Part shown: positions 1 to 7,023 of the stretch, in pieces
Layout: each line of letters opens with the position of its first letter
Position numbering within the stretch: position 1 is the stretch's first letter
Source of the DNA: a virus
Strand: one strand, 5' to 3'
DNA length: 43,576 nt
IMG/VR virus record: IMGVR_UViG_3300045988_004347
Location: 1 to 43,576 of that record
Position numbers and translations under genes: made by a program
The notes under the pieces: model-generated
Told to the model about the DNA's origin: nothing
What the model saw: only the letters and a program-made list of their open reading frames with translations
Databases searched by the model: none

Positions 1-141
1 GTCCTTTCCGGCTTTACGCCTCTCGCTTGATGGGCAGCTTCCTTACTTCCTCCATGACCCGTTTTGCGCTGCCGTTGCCGCCCATCTTTTCATACGGCTG
101 GTACAGATAGTCATTGAGGTTTTCGTACTCGTCCTGCGTGA
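1..141. repeat. Terminal direct repeat copy 1, identical to 43436..43576
   Basis: By-eye alignment with an offset of 43435 found no mismatch over 141 nt. This is typical of an assembly overlap on a circular molecule. Confidence 0.9.
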
Positions 142-322
142 TATACCCTCGTGTCACGTACACCATGCCCAGATGGATGATGCGGTCATGCGCCAGACCC
201 ACCAGCATCTTTCGTTCCACATTGTTCTTTTCCCGCCGCTTCCCTATCAGCGCCCACAGCCCGTTACTTGCCAGCATAGCCAACACGATGGGCAAAAGCA
301 CTCCCTGTACCCACGGTTCCAT
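14..322 (-). CDS. Membrane-anchored protein next to the lysis cassette, function unknown
   Basis: 102-aa ORF with an N-terminal TM helix (VLLPIVLAMLASNGLWALIG) followed by a basic stretch. It lies directly downstream of the holin and endolysin across the junction. Confidence 0.6.
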   Translation of the reverse strand: MEPWVQGVLLPIVLAMLASNGLWALIGKRREKNNVERKMLVGLAHDRIIHLGMVYVTRGYITQDEYENLNDYLYQPYEKMGGNGSAKRVMEEVRKLPIKREA

Positions 323-423
323 TCGCCGCGTTCTCCTCTCAAATTATTTTTGCACCTCGACACCCTTCGACCGTTTCTGACACGCCACCTGTGCTATCCT
401 GCTTGCAGAAAGGAGGTGTTCCC

Positions 424-549
424 ATGCCCGAGTATTTCACCCTGTTCAACGCCGTCACCGACACCATTGCCCAGCTTGAAAAGGCCGTTGCCGCACTCAA
501 ACAGGCACAGCTCGATGCCGAGGAAGCCTACATCCAGCGGGGGGAGTAA
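424..549 (+). CDS. Small 41-aa protein on the opposite strand to its neighbours
   Basis: Below the ORF-track cut-off. AGGAGG lies 7 nt upstream of the ATG. Third codon positions are strongly G/C (CCC GAG TAT TTC ACC CTG...). Product is MPEYFTLFNAVTDTIAQLEKAVAALKQAQLDAEEAYIQRGE. Confidence 0.45.
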   Translation: MPEYFTLFNAVTDTIAQLEKAVAALKQAQLDAEEAYIQRGE

Positions 550-562
550 TTCTCCCCGCCCC

Positions 563-724
563 TTATTCTGCGTACACGCTCTCGATCAGCGCACACAGCT
601 CCGTGTACTGCTCGTCCGTGATGCGCCCCACGGCGTAAAACACGTCGCACTTCTGCTGCGCTTCCTCACGGGTCTTGTAAAACCGCTTGTTGATGAGCTT
701 CGTCATAATGTTGTACATCGTCAT
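563..724 (-). CDS. XkdX-like small phage protein (53 aa)
   Basis: Below the track cut-off. GAAAGGAGA precedes the ATG. The pattern LINKRFYKTREEAQQKCDVFYAVGRITDEQYTEL resembles the XkdX family, and the gene sits after the tail fibres. Confidence 0.55.
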   Translation of the reverse strand: MTMYNIMTKLINKRFYKTREEAQQKCDVFYAVGRITDEQYTELCALIESVYAE

Positions 725-733
725 TCTCCTTTC

Positions 734-1000
734 TTAACCGATGGTGTTCATATCCGCCTGATAGATGGTTTCCACAGCCTCGCCCAGCTGCTGCGTCAGG
801 CTGTCTATCTCGTTGTTGGCCTCCTCCAGTGCCGTCAGCACCTCTTTGCCGTCACGGTAGAACTTGCCCTCCGTGTACGTGTCGCCCATGCCCACCGGCC
901 TGTCACCGGTGTACACGGCGGAGGGGAAGAACTGCTCGTTCCGCTTGTCCATTTCGATGATGTTGGTCACAACACCGTTTTCAATAAGTGCGTATCGCAT
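734..1000 (-). CDS. Hypothetical tail-region protein (88 aa)
   Basis: The ORF runs 734..1009. The ATG at 1000 (MRYALIENGVV) is 10 nt after AGGAGG, whereas the GTG at 1009 is too close to the RBS. Confidence 0.6.
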   Translation of the reverse strand: MRYALIENGVVTNIIEMDKRNEQFFPSAVYTGDRPVGMGDTYTEGKFYRDGKEVLTALEEANNEIDSLTQQLGEAVETIYQADMNTIG

Positions 1001-1015
1001 AATATGCACTCCTCC

Positions 1016-1819
1016 TTAATTTTTCCTGTGTACCCTTATGCACACAATTCCTGAACCACCAGAACCGCCATTCCTAGTGGAAGTAGAGCCAGGAGCATTG
1101 CCACCACCGCCACCCCCGCCCCCGGTATTGGGGGTAGCATTATTCCCCGGGCGTGAACTTGCACCACCAGCACCACCGCCGCCAGCACCGCCAGCACCGC
1201 CTATAGTTGCATAACCCACGCCGCCGCCACCACCGCCAGCATACAATTTACCAGTTACCTCTCCAAATTCTCTAGTAGTGGTACCTTGGCCAGAGCCTCC
1301 TGCTCCAATTTCGGATGTGCTACCGTTGCCCCCGTCCGTTCCCCCGTTACCAGTACTAGAACTACCAGACCTCACGCCAGCACCACCGCCAGAGCCCCCA
1401 GAACCACCATTAGGGGTTCCGGAGTTTGAATAGTTAACTCCACCGCCGCCGCCATTTACACTACTCCCAAATGCAGACGTAGTTCCGCCTGTTCTTCCAG
1501 AAGGCGCAGCCCCATCTCCTATCAATACTTCGTAACTAGTTGCTGGTCTTAGAGTTACTTTTATTGTTTTTGTATAACCACCACCGCCGCCACCGGTTCC
1601 TGTCGAAGTATTGTTTCCATAACCACCAGAGCCTCCACCCCCTACTAGGAATACATCAGCATCAAATTGCCTAAGTACAGTTAACGTGCCAGAGGACAAA
1701 AGTTCAAGCACATCATCTTCCTGCCTATAATTAGAAGCACCTGTATATGTAAATTCGAAGTAGGTGCCTCCTCCAATGCCCCCACACGCCATAAGCGGTT
1801 TACCGACAATATTGCTCAT
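1016..1819 (-). CDS. Glycine-rich tail fibre / receptor-binding-like protein, paralog 2
   Basis: The real start is MSNIVGKPLMACGG at 1819 (GGAGG RBS); the upstream part of the 386-aa ORF overlaps paralog 1. It has GGGGSGG runs and the conserved GQGTTTREFGEVTGKLYAGGG and GGSGGSGIVCIRVH motifs. Confidence 0.75.
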   Translation of the reverse strand: MSNIVGKPLMACGGIGGGTYFEFTYTGASNYRQEDDVLELLSSGTLTVLRQFDADVFLVGGGGSGGYGNNTSTGTGGGGGGYTKTIKVTLRPATSYEVLIGDGAAPSGRTGGTTSAFGSSVNGGGGGVNYSNSGTPNGGSGGSGGGAGVRSGSSSTGNGGTDGGNGSTSEIGAGGSGQGTTTREFGEVTGKLYAGGGGGGVGYATIGGAGGAGGGGAGGASSRPGNNATPNTGGGGGGGGNAPGSTSTRNGGSGGSGIVCIRVHRKN

Positions 1820-1824
1820 ATAAA

Positions 1825-1859
1825 CCTCCGTTTCTTTGTCCCGACCTCCGAAACGGAGG
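1825..1859 (-). promoter_or_regulatory. Alternative hairpins involving the RBS of paralog 2
   Basis: CCTCCGTTTC (1859-1850 in the minus sense) can pair with GAAACGGAGG (1834-1825, which contains the GGAGG RBS). It can also form a local 6-bp hairpin with 1849-1845. Confidence 0.35.
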
Positions 1860-1865
1860 CCGTGT

Positions 1866-2683
1866 TTATTCTTTGTGTACGCGCATACAGATGATGCCCG
1901 AGCCACCAGAGCCGGGGTAAGACACGTAATCCCCCGACACGACTTGCGCTGACCCGCTTCCGCCTCCGCCTCCCCCGGTATTGTCCTGGGCAGAAGTCTG
2001 CTGCTTTGCTCCACCACCTTCGCCACCGGACGCATAGGTTGTAGTTGCCGAACTCGCACCGCCAGCTCCGCCACCGGCATAAAGTTTCCCGGTGATTTCG
2101 CCAAACTCACGGGTCGTGGTGCCCTGCCCAGTTCCACCGACCTTTGAATTGATGGTAAGCGCGTCATTTCCGTCACTGGCTCCGTCGCCAGGGTTCACAC
2201 CCAAATTCGTACTTTTTGAACCGCCTACGCCTCCGCCAGAGCCTCCGTTGCCGCCGTTTATTGGAACAGACGCAGATTTTCCGCCCTCTGCCGTATAGCC
2301 AAAAGCAACTGTATTACCTCCAGCAGGGCCTACTTTTCCAAAGGCTGCTTTGCCAGCCAGAGCAATCCCACCTGCGCCAATTACAACGGAATACTCGACA
2401 TTTGCTTGAAGCAGCGCTTTTGTGATGGTCTTTGTAAAGCCGCCAGCTCCACCTCCGCCTCCAGCCCACGTCGAATTAAATCCGTTGCTGCTTCCATTTC
2501 CAGCACCTCCGCCTCCTACCAAAAAGGCGTCAATGTACGTGTCCTTCGTGACTTTCAGCACACCACTTGTCAGAAGCTCCACAACCCCGTCATCAAGGCG
2601 TTCGTTGTACGTTCCGGTGTACTCAAACTCTAACCGTTTAGCAGTACCCCCCCCGCTATTTGCGATTTACCGACAATAACCAT
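1866..2683 (-). CDS. Glycine-rich tail fibre-like protein, paralog 1, frame broken in a G8 tract
   Basis: ATG at 2683 (RBS AAGGAGG) gives MVIVGKSQIAGG, then stops after 17 codons. The -1 frame continues GGTAKRLEFEYTGTYNERLDDGVVELLTSG, colinear with the paralog 2 N-terminus. Confidence 0.7.
2647..2654. repeat. Homopolymer C8 (G8 on the coding strand) at the frame break
   Basis: Plus strand reads gtaCCCCCCCCgct. One extra G, or a -1 ribosomal slip, would restore a single ORF. Confidence 0.85.
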
Positions 2684-2685
2684 CG

Positions 2686-3180
2686 TTAAACTACCTCCTT
2701 TACTTCGTACACCGTCACCTGAATGTTCAGGTCAGCGGTGGGCTTTTCGCCCACAGCGTAGGCGGTGAATGTCCCGTTGTTGTTGGCGATATAGATAGCG
2801 TTGGTGCCGTCGTCCAGCATCTGCTGTATCGCCGTTGCGTCTGCCTGAATGTCCGCCTGACTGGTGGCCGTTCCGCCTGTGATGGTCACACCCTGGGTGT
2901 AGGGGCTTGCGCTCCCTGTCCAGCTTGCCGCCGCCAGCGTCAGCGATAGCTTCTTGTCCGTTGCCTTGCCCGCCACGGCGTTGATGGCCTGAGAGGGCGT
3001 AGCCGTTGCCGGGTCAAGCCCAAGAGTTTCCGCCACCTCGTCCGTCAGCAGCGTGGACTTGTTCAGCGGTGTGCCCTCCGTGGTGGGGTTGTCCTGCCGG
3101 GTCATGTCGTACACGTTGTCCTGCCCGGAAACAGGCGTGAGCTTGACGCGGCCAGGATAAAGGGAAATTCTGTCCTGCAT
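2686..3180 (-). CDS. Tail fibre / host-specificity-associated protein
   Basis: 164 aa. The N-terminus RISLYPGRVKLTPVSGQDNVYDMTRQDNPTTEGTPLNKSTLL is the conserved opening of many Firmicute phage fibre proteins. An RBS follows the terminator. Confidence 0.6.
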   Translation of the reverse strand: MQDRISLYPGRVKLTPVSGQDNVYDMTRQDNPTTEGTPLNKSTLLTDEVAETLGLDPATATPSQAINAVAGKATDKKLSLTLAAASWTGSASPYTQGVTITGGTATSQADIQADATAIQQMLDDGTNAIYIANNNGTFTAYAVGEKPTADLNIQVTVYEVKEVV

Positions 3181-3192
3181 ATCTGCTCCTTT

Positions 3193-3233
3193 CCAAAAAA
3201 GATGGAGCCGACTACGTTCCCATAGTCGGCTCC
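3193..3233 (-). terminator. Intrinsic terminator inside the tail operon
   Basis: Perfect 11-bp stem GGAGCCGACTA/TAGTCGGCTCC with an 8-nt loop, then ATCTTTTTTGG on the minus strand. Confidence 0.7.
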
Positions 3234-3276
3234 TATTGCCCTTTCCCGTGCCCCGATTGGCCGGGAGTAACGTTTA

Positions 3277-3963
3277 TTATTTGATTTCGTTGGAGTACAA
3301 GTCTCCCGAGTAAAACCACGACTTGGCTATGTTCTGCACAAGCTGGTCTACCAGTATGAGGATACTTTCAATATCGTTGGCCTTTCGATAGTCCAGCGGC
3401 ATTGTCGGCACCTCCGGGGCATCGGCTGGCACAGGCAGCGCACTGCGTATTTCTGCGATGTCCGCGAGGTACTGGTCAATATCAGCCTGCGTGGGGATGT
3501 CCGTTTCCGTCCACCCTTGCTTTGCCGTCACCGTCACGCTGTAGCCGTTTGCTTCCAATTCCTCCGCCACATACAGCACAGCGCCAGCCACGCGGTTCAG
3601 GTCGGTGTAGTTGTACGACCCCTTGTTGTCACTCAGGAGAAGCACGTCCGCTGGGGTGCCGCGCCCAGCTTCTATTCGACTGAGCGCGGCTATTACGCCA
3701 TCCACGTCTGCTTGCGTCCTGTCCGTGATGAGGGACAGCATACCGTAGTTAAGGGTAAACTGGTAACTGGCGCTTGTGCCCGCCGCGTTGATAGCCGTCA
3801 AAGATACGGCGTACTTTTCATCCGAAGCACGGTCTACCGTGGCTTTCCACGCTTCGCCGTCCAGCGTCCACACGTAATCCTTGCCGTTGACCGAGCCGGA
3901 CACGTAGACGATGGCGGCGGGGAGCGATACGCGAATATCTCTGCTCAAGCTATCACCTCTCAC
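3277..3963 (-). CDS. Tail/baseplate-associated protein
   Basis: 228 aa with a GTG start overlapping the upstream stop. It has the conserved LITDRTQADVD...YNYTDLNRV...ANDIE pattern seen in fibre-associated proteins and ends WFYSGDLYSNEIK. Confidence 0.6.
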   Translation of the reverse strand: MRGDSLSRDIRVSLPAAIVYVSGSVNGKDYVWTLDGEAWKATVDRASDEKYAVSLTAINAAGTSASYQFTLNYGMLSLITDRTQADVDGVIAALSRIEAGRGTPADVLLLSDNKGSYNYTDLNRVAGAVLYVAEELEANGYSVTVTAKQGWTETDIPTQADIDQYLADIAEIRSALPVPADAPEVPTMPLDYRKANDIESILILVDQLVQNIAKSWFYSGDLYSNEIK

Positions 3964-4862
3964 TCAATGGTAACACTAATGACCATAGTTTTACCGGTGT
4001 CGACCGGGTTAGGCGTAATGGTTGCTGCTTTGATCTTCGGCACAGACGTGTCCAGCGTGACTGCACGGGTGACGGAGCTTTCCTTCCCTGCCGCGTCTTT
4101 TGCCTTGACGATAATGGTGTTGCTGCCCTCTTTCAGCGTAACCACCTTGGAGAAGGTGCCGCCGGTGCCCACAGGTACTGTCCCCTGATCCGTTCCGTTC
4201 AGGGAGATGGTAATGACCACAGGAGAGGACGTTGCATCGTTGGTAGTACCGGCCACAGTGACAGAAGAAGCCGCCGTAATAAGGCCGTCCGCAGGAGATG
4301 TTACGTTCAGCGTCGGAGGAACAGTATCCACGGTGTAGGTTGTGGACTTTTCCGTAGCCGCGTTGCCGTCGTGGTCTTTGCAGTTGATGGTCACGGTGTG
4401 GCTGCCGTCGCTCAGTGCCGCAGACGGCGTGTAGGTCACGCTGTAGCCATTGGTAATAGCCGTGTGCGTGATGTTCGCCGCCGCTACAGCCGTGCCGTCC
4501 TGCTTGACTACCAAGGTGCTGATGTCTACGCCGGAACCGCCGGTTTCATCCGTGATGTTGAATACCACCGGCTGTTTGCTGTTCGCCACATACGCGCCAG
4601 CCGTGGGAGACACGATGGTGATAACAGGTGCTACAGTCTCCTTTACCACCAGCTTCAGGCCGTCTACGGTAGATGCGTCCGCGCTGCCCTTTGTGCCCGC
4701 TTCGTTTGTTGCTTCGACGGATACGTTGTAGTAGCCGCCTGCCAGATTGTACGATGTTTTCCCCGGAGCGGTAATAGTCGCTTCCCATTTGCCGCTTGCG
4801 GAGTTCAGCGTCAGGTCGTATGTCTGGCCGTTGATCGTCGCTTTTACTGTCTTGATTGCCAT
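3960..4862 (-). CDS. Ig-like-repeat tail decoration / adhesin-like protein
   Basis: 300 aa, T/V/S-rich, with repeated beta-sandwich-like units (VAPVITIVSPTAG..., VPPTLNVTSPADG..., TSVPKIKAATITPNP). Confidence 0.6.
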   Translation of the reverse strand: MAIKTVKATINGQTYDLTLNSASGKWEATITAPGKTSYNLAGGYYNVSVEATNEAGTKGSADASTVDGLKLVVKETVAPVITIVSPTAGAYVANSKQPVVFNITDETGGSGVDISTLVVKQDGTAVAAANITHTAITNGYSVTYTPSAALSDGSHTVTINCKDHDGNAATEKSTTYTVDTVPPTLNVTSPADGLITAASSVTVAGTTNDATSSPVVITISLNGTDQGTVPVGTGGTFSKVVTLKEGSNTIIVKAKDAAGKESSVTRAVTLDTSVPKIKAATITPNPVDTGKTMVISVTIE

Positions 4863-5102
4863 TTATACCTCCCCGGCGTAAATATCGCCGCAAAAGAAAT
4901 GATATGCTTGTGGTACACGCGGGTACGGCGTATGGGGGCTTTCGCCCGCATATAGATCGCCGCTGTAGTAGTAGCTGGGGTACACGATGACGGTTTCCTC
5001 TATTACCGTTACCTGTAGCTTTACCTTGCCGTTGATGGTCGCCGGGTTCGGCAGCAGTACAGCCGCCGTTATCTTCGGCACCTGTGCTGTATATTCCGCC
5101 AT
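4863..5102 (-). CDS. Small tail protein with two copies of the aromatic SGDLYAGE motif
   Basis: 79 aa containing YYYSGDLYAGE and the C-terminal FFCGDIYAGEV. Confidence 0.55.
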   Translation of the reverse strand: MAEYTAQVPKITAAVLLPNPATINGKVKLQVTVIEETVIVYPSYYYSGDLYAGESPHTPYPRVPQAYHFFCGDIYAGEV

Positions 5103-5105
5103 CGG

Positions 5106-6617
5106 TTACACCTCCCCGGAAAACAGATCGTTGCTGTAATAGAAGTACGGACTGATGATCCACGCGCCTGTGACTTCCGCGTTGTACACCACCGTGTTGG
5201 ACAGCTTTATCTCCATCTTGTGAAGATTGCCTGTGGTCAGCAGGCCCCACGGCGTGTAAATGCTCACGCAGTCGCCCAGCTTCTCGCCACCGTATACCAC
5301 GGTCGCCGTGTTCGTGTCACGCAGCGAATAATACTTGTACAGCCGGTCCGCCACCGCCTGTCCAATCTCATCAGATACAAGAGTTGCCGCCGTGACTTCC
5401 TTTACATTCTCCCGGTCGGATGCGGTCACGTTAGGGTTGATGGCACTGTGCACCGTCCGGGTGTCTTTGTACTTAATTCCATTGATGGTCACGTTACCGT
5501 TGCTGGCTTCTACATAGCTATGCGCTGTCACATTTACCTTTGTGACCACCGCGCCGGTTGCAACGGAAGAACCGACGAACGTCCGCCCGCGTGGGATAAG
5601 AATAGGCTTTGTGGGCTGGTTAAACACCCGCAGTTTGTTCCCGCCGTCTGTTGCCAGACAGACGCCCCATGCAAATATGACTTGCTGAATGGCGCTGCGG
5701 TTGGTGCCCTTGACAAGTACGCCTTTCAGTGTTGTGTCCTCCACATCGCTTGCATACTCCACCTCAAAGGGCTTTGCAAGCGTTTCTAAGAGCGTTTTCG
5801 CACTCACTCCATCAAGGTATGCACCTCCGCTGAACGGCGTGTATTCAAGCACTCCAAGCGCGTCCTGGCACTCTATCACATACACGTTTGCGGACGTGCG
5901 TGACGAGTTGTTAATGTAGTATGTCCCCAGATGCCGGTTGTCGTTCCACACCTCCACCGGCTGTTTCAGCTGGAACAGATAGTCCACGTCTTTCAGGCTG
6001 TCCAGCGTCCAGTTTAGCGTGGACACCGGCAGCTCTACGGCGGCTTCGTTCGCCTGGTTTACGATGGATGCGTTGCGTATTTCGTTCATCCCGAATTTAC
6101 GCACCACGCCCAGCACGATCTCATTGACCCGCGCCCGCCGATGGGGAACTACGGTCTTTTTCAGCGTGACTTCCACCTTGTCAAAGCTCTCTACCCTGCA
6201 ATCGCAGAAGTACACCGCGTTGTTAGGCTGGAACGACTGCGCCCGCCGCAGCACCGCACCCTGATACCACGAGATTTCTACCTCGCTGCAATACTCTCCT
6301 GTGTCCTCGTCAAAGGTCAGTTGGATGCCCATGCTGGAATACTGCTGTGTAAACGTCATGGTGATTTTGGGCGGGTTGGTAAACTCTCCGCTGTCCCCGG
6401 AAACCTCCGTTGACCAAAAGCCTACCTTGTCCTCCTCGTACACGCCATCAAATGTGCCGTCCAGCACCCAGCGGCTCCGTTCCAGCGTGATAAGCTTCCC
6501 TGGCACCGCGCCGTGCGGGATTTGGGTGAGGTCTCCTGTGCCGCCGGTGGCGACCACAGTTGCGTCATCCGCCGCACCGGGGGCTATGTCCTTGTACAGA
6601 ATAGTCGTTTTCGACAT
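5106..6617 (-). CDS. Tail-associated / baseplate hub-like protein
   Basis: 503 aa, in the position expected two genes after the tape measure. It ends YFYYSNDLFSGEV. Confidence 0.6.
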   Translation of the reverse strand: MSKTTILYKDIAPGAADDATVVATGGTGDLTQIPHGAVPGKLITLERSRWVLDGTFDGVYEEDKVGFWSTEVSGDSGEFTNPPKITMTFTQQYSSMGIQLTFDEDTGEYCSEVEISWYQGAVLRRAQSFQPNNAVYFCDCRVESFDKVEVTLKKTVVPHRRARVNEIVLGVVRKFGMNEIRNASIVNQANEAAVELPVSTLNWTLDSLKDVDYLFQLKQPVEVWNDNRHLGTYYINNSSRTSANVYVIECQDALGVLEYTPFSGGAYLDGVSAKTLLETLAKPFEVEYASDVEDTTLKGVLVKGTNRSAIQQVIFAWGVCLATDGGNKLRVFNQPTKPILIPRGRTFVGSSVATGAVVTKVNVTAHSYVEASNGNVTINGIKYKDTRTVHSAINPNVTASDRENVKEVTAATLVSDEIGQAVADRLYKYYSLRDTNTATVVYGGEKLGDCVSIYTPWGLLTTGNLHKMEIKLSNTVVYNAEVTGAWIISPYFYYSNDLFSGEV

Positions 6618-6627
6618 AGGCCACCTC

Positions 6628-7023
6628 TCAGGGGCGGAGCTGCGCGTCCATCGGGACGAAGTTCACCTCGATCTCGCCCCAATAGTTCACGCCCCCATCG
6701 CCCTTCTCCAAGTCCTGAGACGCGCTGGTGTAATACGCTTCATAAGCAATGGTGGTCTGGCCGTCTGCCGCTTCCAGCATAACGGAGTCATCCACGCTGT
6801 GTTTGTACAGGTAGTCCCAGAAATCGTCCAGTCCCTTGTAGTTGTCGCCGCGCCGAAAAACCGTCAGCTTGTGGCCAAGGTATGTCCCGATGATGTCACG
6901 CACCATGCGGCCCGTCATTACGCGCCCTGCGTTTTCGCCGTCCAGCACGTTAAAGTTTCGGTTGTACTTTGAAATGGCCACGTCAGCGTCAAAGGAAATG
7001 CCGTTCAGTTTGATGTAGTTCAT
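6628..7023 (-). CDS. Distal-tail-like protein
   Basis: 131 aa immediately after the tape measure, with an ATGA-type overlap. The assignment rests on position only. Confidence 0.45.
   Translation of the reverse strand: MNYIKLNGISFDADVAISKYNRNFNVLDGENAGRVMTGRMVRDIIGTYLGHKLTVFRRGDNYKGLDDFWDYLYKHSVDDSVMLEAADGQTTIAYEAYYTSASQDLEKGDGGVNYWGEIEVNFVPMDAQLRP

Noticed and set aside
538-562. A hairpin after the 41-aa plus-strand ORF as a bidirectional terminator.
   Set aside because: Only 6 bp (GGGGAG/CTCCCC) pair cleanly because the G and C runs differ in length. Neither flank has a convincing T-run.
1820-2176. The N-terminal 119-aa extension of the 386-aa ORF 1016..2176.
   Set aside because: The extension overlaps the 3' end of paralog 1 in another frame and is Arg/Pro-rich. 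A GGAGG RBS and a paralog-like N-terminus appear at the internal ATG at 1819.
1016-4862. A diversity-generating retroelement acting on the glycine-rich or Ig-like tail proteins.
   Set aside because: There is no reverse-transcriptase ORF anywhere in the window. No template/variable repeat pair with adenine-specific differences could be found.
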